Shown here: one piece after another, positions 1 through 14,341 of the stretch
Numbering within the stretch: position 1 is the first letter of the stretch
Layout of the letters: the number at the start of each line of letters is the position of its first letter
The notes under the pieces: generated by a model
Told to the model about the DNA's origin: nothing
What the model saw: the letters and a program-made list of their open reading frames with translations, nothing else
Databases searched by the model: none
Position numbers and translations under genes: made by a program
NCBI GenBank assembly: GCA_011109175.1
Contig: RDEW01000046.1
Span: 325,545 to 389,544, forward strand
DNA: 64,000 bases
DNA from: Dicyema japonicum
Lineage: Eukaryota; Animalia; Dicyemida
Direction: 5' to 3'

Positions 1-997
<997 letters not shown>

Positions 998-1024
998 TTA
1001 TAACGCCGCTAACGGATTGCTCAA

Positions 1025-1056
1025 TTTATAATATGAAAGAAGGTTGCCTAATTTGG
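1025..1056 (-). promoter_or_regulatory. Actin proximal promoter: TATA box (1025-1030) and CArG/SRF box (1047-1056)
   Basis: TATAAA on the minus strand 34-39 nt above the ATG and a perfect CC(A/T)6GG (CCTAATTTGG) just upstream; this is the classic animal actin promoter layout. Confidence 0.7.
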
Positions 1057-1340
1057 AAATTTTTGGACATGCCGGTATCGATTTGAATTGCCCATTCAAT
1101 AGAAGAGTATAATCGATTAGTCATACTAAATTTATTGGCGAATAAGGATTGTAGTGCATTCCATTGATTAGATTTATCATGGGTCACTTATCAGTAATTT
1201 GATTAATATCGATTTGTGCTGAGTTTTAAAATATTTATTATGTCCATACAATAAGGACAATTGTCTTTTCAACGATATAAACAGTTTAACTATGGGTTCT
1301 CAACAGATAATTGCTATAAATTGATGAAAATTAAAATGCT

Positions 1341-2150
1341 TCAATTATAATGAAACCGATTAACCTGATAAAATCTGACGTGCTCGGGCCAATAAAGCCA
1401 GACGTCTGAACGGAGATCGGCTGGAAAACGAACCGGTACATGATGCCGTGGTACTTCCTCCTTTTCATATGTTCGATGTGATCTCTGCGGAACTCGCAAC
1501 GATGATTTAATTAAATTCCCATTAGAGAAGGTGTCTATGCATGTTAAATCCCAAGCAAGACACCTCCTTCGGCTCCGTGGCATGGTTGTTACGCCACCCG
1601 GCATCTTGCTATCGCCTCTATCAAAACCGACATTGTTTGGTTAATGCGTGTAAAAGTGCACTGAAGAAAAGGTTCCTCGAGAAAGGGTCGATGGCACCAC
1701 TGATTAGTCTGTTGACCAAATTTTTAATAGATCTGATTAAGTTCTGTCCCGCCTCTACAGTGCTTCCAGAGATGAGATCTTTTACATGTCCAGTCAGTAA
1801 ACCATCAATGCCGCTCTGCTGGAGCTTCGAAAAATCGAATTCCGTTAATAACTGCTCATCTGAAGTAACAAGCATAAGAAAACTGTTATGTAGGACAACA
1901 TAAATATGGCCTGGCGGCCTTGGAGGTGTTTCCTAGCAATCGTATCCAATGTTGAGGCCGAATAGGGAAAATAATGTCATTTTACTCAACAACCCCGAGG
2001 GCGGCGCGGATATCCCCTTTGGTGAGCTTTCGTTCTACTCTTCTCTGGAGATTATTGCATCTTAAGGAGTTCATGCTATTCTCACGTCCTCGTAAGGGGA
2101 TTCGCATCCGAAAGCAAGGTGTCCAGATCGGCACTCATAATGGATTTGTA
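1341..2150 (-). mobile_element. Internally deleted CRE-like (REL-type) non-LTR retrotransposon remnant
   Basis: Motifs VERKLTKGDIRAAL and DGLLTGHVKDLISGS..AGQNL...LFFSALLHAL join directly to REL motifs RGDSKMPGG...LAWDLTCIDTFS; the RT core is missing. Confidence 0.75.
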
Positions 2151-3079
2151 ATTACTCCTGATCAAGGAATTAACAGAGGAGGAAAGACTAGCACAGAGAA
2201 CAAAATGAACGAAAAGGAAGAGTTTGGTACAGTTTTGTTTCAAGAAAGCTTCATCCGTACAATTTAGATTTTATTTAGATTCAATCTCTGGTTTCTAACC
2301 GCTAGTGATAGGTTATTTAAGTTATTTAGCAAAATTAGTAGTTAAATGATTAAATGTGCCCATTTCATGGCCGCGGAGATTTTCCAGTATCATAAAATCC
2401 GTCCAGAACTAACAGAAAGGGAAGAAAACATTCAGTTTTTACAGTAATGGGAGCCTCTTAAGTTGAGTTTTGGGGAGCAAATGATCCTTCTTATGGTACC
2501 AGGGTACCGGCCACTATCTGAGACCGGCTGGTCACATGACGCATCCCTATTAGAGAAGGGAAAACAAACAGAAACAATAAACTTCTAAGATTTGCAAAGA
2601 TAACAAAGCAGTTAATCTCAACTGAATTGGTATGTAATACGTCACAAATAGTTTAACTCGAAAATTAATTTCGAACATGCGATGTTAACTCAGAAATTAT
2701 ATCTAGGATTTTTTGTGTTTGTTTAAACTGAAATTTAAATGAATTAATGTTGTGAGTCGTTGAAATAACCAAATATTGCATTGAATAGTTCATTAGGAAC
2801 AGTATTGATAGTAGCATTCGCTCCCCTTTTTAGTATGTTATTAAAATTTGGAATATGTTCGAATCCTACAAAGTTCCATTCTGATTTGATAGTGGATGGA
2901 ACCCAGTGGTTTACAGAATGATAATAATATTCTAGCACAATCTGCTAATGACTTTGAAGTCCAAATAGTAATCAGGGTAAGGAAAGAATGATGAATAAAC
3001 TTACTGATTATTTGATCTCGTCTCTGACAATCAACTGGGAGTGAAGAGGATATCAAGGCGCCAAAGAGCAAACATTTAC

Positions 3080-4420
3080 CAATCAATGTATAAACGATGA
3101 ATATGGGAATAATTTATTTGCAATTTGGATCGACGTTAAGAAAGCATATGATTCAGCCGATTAGGATTTTCTATGTCATGTATTGGAATATTCGAAGCTT
3201 TTAAATTGAAATTTCGTGGAGAGTCTAACTATCAAATGGAGAGTAATCTTAAACTTAAACATGGAGAGGATTGGGACAGTATATTTGAAGGGTGGAATAC
3301 TACAAGGAGAATACTACAAGAGTTTCCAAAATTATCAATTTGTCAGAGTGACCCGTCAGTGGCGTATTCAACCATTTATTATTTATCGATGATCTAAGAT
3401 ACTTGCTGAGATGGAAGATAATATAGTTAGAATGATGGAAGAGATTGATGATTATTTCGATGTTGTTGATCTCAAGAAAAGTTATGAAAAGTCAGCAACC
3501 AATCTTGAATCCATGAATAAAATGTCTGGATGGACACGAAAGCTATTGGTACCTCGGTGTTTTAGAGGACAAAGATAGCAATGTCATGAAACATAAAGTC
3601 TTGAACACTATTGCTGAAAATGTGAGAAAGAGCATACAAAGCTCAATGCTGTAAACCTGTTTAAAGCCCTAAATGAATATGCATTGTCTCTCTATAATTG
3701 CTATATTGGATTGGTTAATATTAAACCACAGGAAAATATTGATTTGGATATTCGACTTGTATTGTCAGAGAACTAAAATTCACCTGAAGCCCGCAAACAA
3801 AGAGATATATTAGTCGAACTATATTGGAGAGGGGGTTTACTTTGTTTTTCCATAAGAGTGAGTGTGTGTTGTACCAGTTTCTGACTGATATGGAAAGAAA
3901 TCGGATATTTCGCTAAGAAATGATGTAATCTTGCGGGTCTGTAAACAAAGAAAACGCATATGACCACAATCGCTAGATTCTTATCTTTCAAGTACAAGAT
4001 GGATACAACTCAAGTTAACACGTGAGACCAGGTGGCTACTCCAGTTGATCTCTGTTGCAATCGTGAGAGGCAACGCAACGTCGATAATGTCGGCGGGGTC
4101 CACTTTGGATGGATGGCAGTTTTAAATATGCTTTACTGGGGATAAATTAACTGATTACATAAAGACTATCAGAGAAACTTAGGAGAAAGTCCTTATTGAT
4201 TCTATTGCGAAAAAACCGCTTGCTGTTTAACATTTACGACGACGGAAACGTTGATCAGCCGGATCTTCGGAGTGGTAACCAGTGGAAATAATAGCCCGAG
4301 ATCGGAGGGCATGTATCAAGGATAGGAACTTGTTTTTTGATACCAATGATTCAGTTTGTAGTCATTGAAAAAGGCTAACAATGGATCATTTGGCTACTCG
4401 TGGTATCAGAGTGATAAAAT
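3080..4420 (+). mobile_element. Decayed R4/NeSL-like non-LTR retrotransposon
   Basis: Fragmentary frames give WIDVKKAYDS, DDLKI, YLGVLED, NLFKALNEYALS, QDRNLF and DHLATR; many stops and frameshifts. Confidence 0.65.
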
Positions 4421-5739
4421 GTATGATAAATAATTCTGGTTTATTTTATATATGAAAATCTGTTTGTAAGCCTTCCAAACGTTCCAGTCTTCCAAAATGA
4501 GTAATGCCTTGCAATCCGAGATCGAAAACTTCCATTCAACCTCTTTCAGCAGTTCTGTTAACTTGAGCAGTCTTATTGCCAAATTCACATTTCTATTAGG
4601 GACAAAATAAACTGCTCTCTCAAATTTAACACGTGTTATCTAAGATATATAAGATTATTTACAGAAGGGATCACTTTTCTCACTAAAGAAGAGTTTTCAT
4701 TGAGTAATTTTTCATCTCTAGCGATAATTCAAAAGCGGAACCTCAATATTCCACATGTGATGTCTTCCATGGTATATAAAGGGTCCCAGAAAAGATCGTT
4801 CTTATCGTTTAGTCCATAATCGTCCAAGGAATGTCCCAGAAAGTCGTTTGACCTCCAACTTCTTATGTTCCAGAATGTCTTCTTTCTGTAGTTCACCATT
4901 TCAGAGTCATCTAAGATATTTTTTGATGAAAAATCCTTTGAACCCGTTTCATTCAAGTCTTCAATGAAAAACAGTGTTTGACCGACTCTGAAATACTATT
5001 TTAACGATACTTTTTCGTTTTCTGTAATTCTAAAGTAAATTCAAAACTAACCATAGATCAATTGCGGATCCGAGTCGAATACCGAAAGAGACCCAAAAAT
5101 TAGATCTTTCCCAACATGATTCAAATGACGAAACCGAACAGGATCAGACACTTGGATGGTTTCGGCTAAAATTCAAAAATTGAACAGCAAAATTATGCTT
5201 AGGTTTTTTGGAAAATTTCATTATCAGTGATAGGCGAATATTTTATCCGATAAAATTCCTCAATTAAATGTTGGTGAAATTATAAATTAAATTAATCAAA
5301 ATATTTAATCCCATAAATAATTCATTAATTATCAGTTTTTAAATTTTGAAAAGACTTTTTACTATCTGACATTAAATGGTTCAATTTCCAGGATACTACG
5401 GAACATTAAAAACGCAGACAGTAAGAATGAAGGAGACCTTGACTACCAGATGGATCTAAAAATTGTGAAGCATTGTGAATAAATAACAAACCTTACAAAA
5501 GAGTTGACATTTCATAAAACACTAAATCGAAACCGAAAAGAGGGCATCAATCATTGTACTTCCTACCGGGAGATGTAGCATCGGAGATTTCTCAATCAAA
5601 GAACACGCATTCCTGTAGGCCAGGCGGAATCCCAGCGATCCTGTTGAAAAATTATCACTAAATAACATTTTCGATCATTCCATCAATTTAACTCAATCCT
5701 TGCTATATGGAAACCAAATATTATTCATCCAATCTTGAA

Positions 5740-7950
5740 GCCTGGGAACTAAGGAGGACCCCGGTTCCTACATACTGGTGACGATTTGTGTGTCTAGACA
5801 AGAATCTTAGTAAGGTTGGTTTCGACACTCATCCATCCTTCCCTTCCAGGCTCCAGGTTTCAGCTTGGATTCAAACAGGGGCGATCGACTGTCTCACACC
5901 TAAATCATTTAATGAATTCATAACAAATGGCTTAAACAAAATACTCGGACAAAAAAAGTCGATTGTCCGCTCAATCGACATCCATAATCTGTTTTCCTGC
6001 ATATTGTGTCTTTGCAAGGACCGGACAAAAGTTTTTGAAGAGGATTATTGACACATTTACATTTACGGATGTCACTCCATTTGTATCTTTTTTTTGCGAA
6101 GGGGATTTTAATCTGGAACAGATTTCGATTGAGGTATCCTTTTTTCTTATGAGATGTTTTACACTGTATAATATCTATATCCCGCATCAGTGGGTCTACT
6201 TCTTACATCCCCAATCTATCGAGATTATATGGAATAAAGGATTTACTACTATGGGGAGACTTAAATGCCAAACATCCGATCTGGCTCCGGTCACAATCAG
6301 CCGACAATCGCGGAGATTACATCTTATTTATACTCGGCAAATTTATTATTCTCAATAATCAGGATTCCCATACTAGGACATCAATCCGAAGAGGGAACAG
6401 CCCAACCTTCTCGGACTTGTCATTATGTACTCCCTTTCTTGCTGGATATCTTTCGTGGGATGTTCGTTCTGTTTTTCAAGCGAATATAACCCAATTGTGT
6501 TGAGACTCAAAATACCTATTTGTTTGCCAAGATGTTCTACCAAGTTCAAGAACTATTCGAAGGCAGACTGGTTGGTTTCGGGACGTTTGTGGACATTTGT
6601 TTATTGGGCTTCACTGTTGAAGACTTTAATATTGATAAGGCAGCCCAGATATTAACCTCAATAGTCCTGAGACTCGATAGAATGTTTATCCCTCTATCGT
6701 CTTATAAAAACTATAATCAGAAACTATCTTCGGACATCCTGGCACTAATCAAAAAACGGAATGCCTTGAAAAAACTGGAATACAATCAGAATTTCCCTAC
6801 TAATGTGTGCTAACCACAGACATAAGTGGAGCCAGCTGTTGGTCGACTATTACACAAACATTCTTGTGGCACCTTTTGGAAGACACTGATAAGTATCAAC
6901 AGTCTATAAACGAAGATGGTGGCAAAGTGGAAGCCGTTGCCCCTATTGCCTTGCAAATAATCAATACGGAAACTTTCAAATAATCTTATTATGTGTCGAT
7001 CACCCACAAAAATTTATCTCTCTCTGCATGTCAAACGATGTGGTCCACAACCTTCTCCACTCCATATGATGTGGACAAGACTATCAAATTTCTAAACCCC
7101 ACCCGTGCCTGTGTCCCCGACAGTTTCTGTTGCTATTCACCTCAAACAACCAGGACCTCAGGGACATAGCGTGTTATCGTGGCTATACAACTATTCTATC
7201 AATTCCCATACAATGTATATGGAAGAATTTACTGATTACAATAATTCTCAATCCTGGAAAATCAAAAAATATTCCATCCTAGTCTCCATAGCTTGCGCCT
7301 TGTCAAAAGTGTTGGAGAAGCTTCATTATTTTAATCTTCCCTGTTCTATAATTGCCCAAATTTCAATATGGCTTCAGAGCAGGCCGTTCCACAATGACTC
7401 TTTGGGATCTGTCACCCAGTTCATCAGAGACTGCTTTAACACGAAGATAAATTTACTGATGACTCTGGTGTCTATCGATATACAGAAACCCTTCAACTCT
7501 GTTTTGAGGACACACCTCACAAAAAAGATCTTTAATTCAAATTTACATCCGAACATCATACTATGACTAGAAATTTCTTAACTGGTTGGTGTGGAAGAGT
7601 CCGGATTGGAAAAATTACTTCAAAATCAAAACTACTACCAAATAGGGTCCCACAAGGTTCCTCTTTTTATTCTCCTATTTAACTTTTTCTACACGATTTA
7701 CCTACTACCAAAGATCAGGACACTATGTTTTTATCTCACGCGGACGATCTGATTATCACTGCAAGGGACAAATCTCATTCCAGGGCTGTGATGGTGGTTC
7801 AGTCACACCCCAACTAAATGTGTGACTGACTATCCGTGAATTTGCTGTCTGTGTCTGTATCCAAGCTTAAGTTCACCCTTTTCACTACGGATAGGAGATT
7901 TAAATGTGAACTCGAGTTATTCTCCGGAAACATTCTAATTCATACCTATG
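5740..7950 (+). mobile_element. Decayed APE-type LINE (endonuclease + RT)
   Basis: EGDFN, SIDIQKPFNSV, RVPQGS and HADDL-like motifs in broken frames; degenerate 2A-like start at ~5743-5768. Confidence 0.7.
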
Positions 7951-8115
7951 CCGCCTTCGGCCGCTGTTCTTCTGAGAGAAACTGAATATCTCAATATACC
8001 TTCAAGAATATTTTTAATTTGGTTATAAACAGAGACGTCTTTAATGTAGCATTTAGAATCATTCACTGAACATATCACGAAGATGATGCATGTAGTTAAT
8101 TTATTTGATTACGGT

Positions 8116-8353
8116 ATAATAATAACAGCCTTTTTCACGGAGCCGTGGTATTAGCTCCTCATAGGCAGGACACACAATTTATTTAAATAAAGAACAGTTA
8201 ATTTTAACTAACCAAGGAATGATCTTCACTTCTATTTTAACTTTAGAACCAAGGAATGATCTTCACTTCTATTTTCTTTTTCTTGTGTGTGGGTCCTTTC
8301 TAGACAATCCAGTCCCGCAGTGAGAGTCCACTGATGACGGCGTCACTCGTCAA
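8116..8353 (-). mobile_element. 5'-truncated copy of the tRNA-derived SINE, with an internal tandem duplication
   Basis: Highly similar to the SINE body at 29035-29260 and 46435-46648; aaccaaggaatgatcttcacttctatttt is duplicated; (TTA)n tail. Confidence 0.85.
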
Positions 8354-9877
8354 GGTTATCCGTATAAAAAATTATAAATATTATAATTAATTATTTTAAA
8401 AAATCCAAATAATCGAGAGATTAGAAATATATATAATTTAAAAAAAAAATACGATATGTGCGCTCCGCGCTCGCGACATAATACTTTCTTTCTTGTGGTT
8501 TTGGGGTTTTTTAAATAATAGGTCTTGAGGTTTTTAAATTTTTTTAATAAATCTTGTGGTTTTGGGGTTTTTTTAATTTTTAATAAATATCCCTAAAACA
8601 AAACACAGAAGATCCTCAAATTTACCATTGAAGTCTTCTTAACCCAAGTTGAAAAGGTAGTAACGGTTTGTATGAGGTAGATTAACTTCATGAAGCCTTT
8701 TCTGGGAAATATAAGAATCGTGTGAACTCAGTCCTTATTGTAAATATGTTGGAAAGACTGGTGAGGGAGGCCGGTATCACCTGAATTTTTTCGTTTTGAC
8801 TTTGACGGTGGTTTTCTAATTCAATAAATTAAATTTACTAATCACTTCATCCCGCAGAACCCTCACCCAACCACAATGATAGCGTTGTCCGGGTAGCTGA
8901 AGTCGATTCCAGAACTCGTTGCCAGTTGTCTTTCTGTGGAATGGATAGATAAATCCTTTTGAATATCGGCCAGGCATTGTGCGTCTTCTGAGTAGGGTGG
9001 TTCCAATGATGTGTCACCACACGAGGGAAGGAAGATGCGTGTCAGTGTTCCCAATCAGGAAGGTATCAATTTATCCACCACTTCCTTTAGATGTTCTAAC
9101 GATTAGACATGCTCGTCGGTGTTGATTCATATTTTTAAGAAGTCTCTCAAATTTATCTTCACACATGATTTTATTGTAATCTCTGTTTCATTTGGGTTTC
9201 AGATACTTGTGTTTTTTCTGGCGGTCAAGCTTCTGTATACTCCGTTTCACTGGTCGATGATTTGGTAGGGAGATTAAGAATCATCATGACCGACTATTAG
9301 CGAGTGTGAACAGATTATTCGAAAACTATTTTGAGAGATCATTGACAATCGATCGAAATGAAAGAGTGTGTAAAGGGGTGAAGGAACAGGCAACACTTAG
9401 CCAGTACATAGATGTAAGGAAAGTTTTGACTCAGCTAATTATGACTCCAAATGTAGGGTTGTCAACAACTTTGGTGTTCTTTAATGGATTGTGAAATCGA
9501 CAAAAAAAACTTTGTTAAAAATTAGTTGAATTTTAATCTTAAATAAATTTGAAATAAGAGAGCAACATTTCCATTAAAATATTTTCTCAAAAATGAAAGA
9601 GGTTAATTCTTTTTCTACAGCTGCTGGAGTTGAACGAAATGTTGAAAAGTCTGCTTTTAATGTGCTCTTCTGAGGTTTGAAGCTAGTTTGCTTGATTAAA
9701 TAAATGATATCGTTACCTTGGGTGGGGGAGAAAACAGAGATTCCAAACTTCTCTTTATTAAGAGATGATCCTCACACCTAAAGCGGGTGAGTCCTTAATG
9801 AAAATTGAGTCTTTAAGAGATATCAATGTGCCTTCGTTAAGTGGAAAAAATTAAAAAATTTTATTGAAAAAATCAGT

Positions 9878-10396
9878 TTAAAAGATAAAATTTAGACCAA
9901 ATTTATGAAAAATTTCAAATTCAACAATTCCAATAATAAAGCCAATTACGACATCAAAGAGATAATGCCTTCTATCGATTACTCTGGTTAGAGAGAACAT
10001 AAATGATATGACGTAGTAAATGTAATTTTTGTTGAACAAAACAAAGTACGACGCAAGAATGGATATTCTCGATGCATGTCCAGAAGGGTAGGAATACTTG
10101 TCGACCAGTAAGTCAATTTTTGCTGGAGGACAAGGCCTGGTTCGGCGAAATAGAAGCTTGAGAATACCAACAACGAGTAAATCCATAAGTAATACTACAA
10201 ATTAGCGAAATCATTTACATTCAAGCAGCTTGTAATTCGATGAAATAACTGCTATTATAATCCAGACGAAACCACTATAAAGAAACTCAATAATGTGACA
10301 AATAATAGTGAGGAATCTTATAGGAATTAGTTTTCGTGCAAACATAGCGCACGACTCTGATAAATAAAGGTCACAGTCATGAAGAGCAGAGAACAT
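9878..10396 (-). CDS. PAP2-family phospholipid phosphatase, PLPP6/PLPP7-like; one 24-nt intron at 10195-10218
   Basis: Catalytic motifs KLLFRRTRP, SYPSGH and TRVIDRRHYLFD; the GT-AG intron joins the two ORFs in frame. Confidence 0.9.
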
Positions 10397-10490
10397 TTAT
10401 GCACTTAAGAAATTTTCAATGTGATCAGAATTTAAATTTTATTATTTTAGTAGAAATTAAATATAAATTAGTAATAAATTTGCTAATAAG

Positions 10491-12417
10491 TTATAATGTT
10501 TTTAGAACGTAAGTTGCTCTCTCCTACAAATATACTAGAAAAATGACCTCTCCGAAATTATTGACTAGAGTCGTCACAACTTTGTCTCCAACAGACAAGT
10601 GATTTCGGTTGTGCCAGACTATGTCATTCGGGTTATTTGGAGTGATCCCTTCTCACGATCCTCACTTTAGTTCCGGCCTTAAGAATATAGCCTTTGAAAG
10701 TGTAGTTGCTCTCTTCCCGTCCATCAACGCTTTGAAAGATTCTCCATCCATCAAAATTTTCGTCCTTATTGATTACCGTAAGCAAAACTCTCATTGGATT
10801 TAAATTTTCAATGACAATGTAAGATCCCTCAACATCGCACGAACTTATTGCAATCGACCCCTTACTGCTTTTCTGGTAGGTCGATCGCCTTGTGGGGGTT
10901 GGTTCTTCTGCAAAATTTAAATAAAAATTACTAATTTTATAGTCTAATCTCATATGTTTGTCATTTTCACTACAATTTGATGACCAGTTCTCCTCGTGTT
11001 CTATTAGTCTTCGGTAGGCAAGAATTTCCATTTTAAGGGACATGTTGTCGTCAGTTATAGTTTGTAACTGAGAAAGGGTCTGCTCCATCATTCTTCTCAT
11101 TTCTTCTGTTTCCATACTTTTTTCTATCAACATTTTCTCAAAGTCACATCTGATTTGATTGATGTCCTCCATTAGCTCATTATTCTTCACTTTAAGCATC
11201 GCATTCTATGAGTCATTAGATTATAAACTTCTTGGTCTCTTTGCCCGATTTTGTCCTTAAGATCCACATTACAGGAATTCATGGAGTGGAACTGTTCTTT
11301 AATATGACTAGATTCTAGTATATCCACATTTTTTCCATACTGGACATCTTGGATCTTAAAATAAAGCTTAGATCCGGACAGTTAAGTTATATAGGGATTC
11401 CATTTCATCCCTGATCCGAGACAGGCGGTTTTCGTATTCAGACTGAATTTCCGTGATGCAGTTTGAGAACTCGTTGGACCACCACTCGCGGCATTCTCCA
11501 ATTGGATTGTGCTTTATTGCTTCGTTAATTTGTTTATTTTCCTAAAAAGTCAATTCCTGTACTTTTAAGTAAAAATCTTTCAGAAATTCGATTTCTTCTT
11601 TGATGGAGTGATATTTATTTTGGAGATCAATTTTGTTTAAGGTCTCATTGGAAAGTTCCTATAATTTTAGCAAAAACAGAACTGATTTTACGCGAATCAA
11701 ATCTGTCCTTAGTTTGTCAAAAATAGTTTTGAATTTCTTTTTTTCTTCTATTGAACTCTTGTTCTGAAATCTCAGAAGGGATATTTCTTTCTCAAACTTT
11801 GAGATCTTGACGTTTTGATTTTCAATTTGATTTCTGAGTGTTTTTTCGGCATCCATGAGGTCCTCATATCTAATAATAAATTGTGTAATTAATTATAATC
11901 GCAAATTATTTATCTTATCTACTACTAATTTAGTGAGGTCACACGTTTTATGCATTTCAGCTAAATTGTTGCCTTCTGCCTTATTTTTCTGTATCTCTCT
12001 ATTTTTTTCTTCTTCAGCCACAGCAATCAACAATTTCAGTTGATTAAGTTCGGCAATGTACATTTCTTTGATTTGACTCTCTTCTCTACCAATTTTTTCT
12101 TTCATTTTGTCCAATTCCTGACTGATTTTCTTATTCTCGGCCTCGTTGTATCTCGACTTTTCAATATAGTGGGCAAGACGACTGTTGAGTTCTTTCATTT
12201 CTGATTTTTCTTGAATTCTTGAACTTTTATACACTTCCACGTCTGTGGTTTTAGCTGGTTTCTGGGACATCCCCAGACAGTGTTCCATGGTTCTCGTAGA
12301 AATGGAGTGCCCAGAAACAAGTCCCTTGCTCTGTAAACATGACTTGAAGGTGCTATTTTGCCGATTTTTAGCTTTTGGTTGAAATTTTTCGCTTAAAACT
12401 GTTTTCTTTGCTGACAT
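10491..12417 (-). CDS. Cytoplasmic intermediate filament protein (protostome type: lamin-tail domain, no CaaX); ~8 introns; apparent frameshift at ~10647-10651
   Basis: Coil-1A EKSEMKELNSRLAHYIEK, rod end LKMEILAYRRLIEHEE, tail RSTYQKSSKG...GWRIFQSVDG...DIVW...VVTTLVNNFGE|ERATYVLKTL*. Confidence 0.92.
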
Positions 12418-14112
12418 GAACAAAAATCAGAAATAATGATGCTTATAAATCTAAATCTTGTCGTAGTTATTAGATTGCTGTCACCTGAACAATTTGATAA
12501 ACACACATTTGATTAAAAACTAATTACTCACAATAATGGTTTATCTCGAAATTCCGAAACAAAATTTTTACAATAATTTCCGACTATTTGGTTGCATAAA
12601 AAATGAATAAAAAACTCAGTCTACCAGTAAGCGAACAAGAGTGTCTCCAATAAAAAGTATGAACCAATAATCAAAATTATATTAAGAGAAAGCCATGGAT
12701 ATTGGGTGATCAGCCTCTCTCCAAATAGACTCTATCTTCAATCGGTGTTCATCCCAAGATAGCTCATACTCTCTGTATGTTTGCTTAGATCATGATGGAA
12801 CCGGAAAACGTCTTTAGAGAGTTAGTATATGTAAATTGGAAGTATTTGATATTCCGAAAATTGGATTTCTGAATCGGAAAAAATATAAAAGTAATCCTCT
12901 TGCCGAATCTGTTTACAAAAAAAACATGTCTTTGATTGAATGCCTTTACTTATTACTTGGCCTCGTCTTCTGCTCAGGAAGTTTATAAAGTTTTATATTC
13001 AGGAAAATGTAAAATGCGTTTTTAAACTGTTTTCCTTGAAAGAGTCGAACTTTTTTCGACTAATTCCAAAACAGATCTTTGATGTTGCATTATTGAATCT
13101 TTCAGAAATATAGAAGTAAAACGATTGGTCCGAAAGCCAGGCTGAAATTTTGATAATAGAATAATGTTTTAGATTCGTTCAATCTAAAGAGGGAACATAA
13201 AATGGAAATTGGACAATGGGAGGATGGCTTGTTAGATTTGTTCGACCTTAGAGTTCACATTTCTGAAATGACTTTTGAAGTGATTAATTTTAATGCCGTA
13301 AACTGATGTGATGATAGAATCAGGCCCCTTAAGCTTTCAAGTCGATACGATCGAACTTAAGATATGCACTGTCATAAGACTCCATTTAGACAAAAGACTC
13401 CATTAAATTAATTCGTTTTGAAAAATTATTTTTTTGGAAAAATAATTAAAAAAATTTTTGAACATCTCGGAACCCTAGAATATTTCGCGGATCCCAGGTT
13501 GGGAAACAAATCTGTGTAGCCATCCTTTACTAAATTCAAGACCATCGATTCCAAGCTATTTACAAATACTTTGGAATGGTTGACCTCATAACTAATTGGT
13601 GCTCGCAAAACTTCAAAAACTGCTATTTAACATTAACAAACTTTATTAACAAAGGAAATTAAAGAGGCTGTTCTCACCACAAGTCCTGCCATAGATTGGA
13701 CTCTCCTTTGCACCCTCAGACACCTCTTATGGTTTATTCTGTGCTGCGACATACGAGTCAATGATGACATTTCATTTTAGGAAGTTTGCCATCCTTTTCT
13801 CTGCTGCATCTCTGATCGACATTAATAAAAAATCTTCATCTAACTTTTTGTCGAGCTTTTGCGCAGGGCAATCTTGATCCCTGCTCTCCTCGATTTTCAA
13901 GAAGCAAGATAAAACGCTCCTTATATCCAGTGTAAAACCATCCTTCTAGTCCATAGAGGAGTGGTGGAATGATCGTACGTGAAAATAAATAAATAAAAAC
14001 ATATCCGTTTCGAGTCTCAATTTCCTCATACACAAGATCGCATGGTGTGCTTTTTTCCTTCAGAGTTTAGAATCACAATGTAATCCAGTTATCTCAATGT
14101 TCCGATACTTCA

Positions 14113-14213
14113 ATCTCAGTATTGAGCTGTTCCGAGATACTTCAGATACTTCAGGGATCTCAGTATTGAGCTGTTCCGAGATACTTCGGATATTTCAGGG
14201 ATCTCAGTATTGA
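14113..14213. repeat. Tandem repeat, 44-bp unit x ~2.3
   Basis: atctcagtattgagctgttccgagatacttcagatacttcaggg at 14113 and 14157, with a partial copy at 14201. Confidence 0.9.
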
Positions 14214-14341
14214 TTCCGCATAGGAACCCTTGCTGATTTCCTTTTCCATTTAGACCGAAAAACTTAGATTTTTCTTCTGACAGTTTTAATAATTGGAGAC
14301 CGCACTAGTCCTTTATCTCTTCCATATACACATTAATCAAA

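Noticed and set aside
8331-8353. Hammerhead ribozyme cores (CTGATGA at 8331, 29806 and 35651)
   Set aside because: No correctly placed GAAA with closing stems; the 29806 site is the antisense of CRE coding sequence.
10491-12417. Nuclear lamin
   Set aside because: No CaaX box or evident NLS, and the tail end matches cytoplasmic IF proteins.
13426-13608. Merlin/ISXO2 transposase, based on VNHSKVFV
   Set aside because: A single short motif with no other catalytic-domain context.
14113-14213. CRISPR-like array
   Set aside because: Head-to-tail tandem repeat without unique spacers, in a eukaryotic context.
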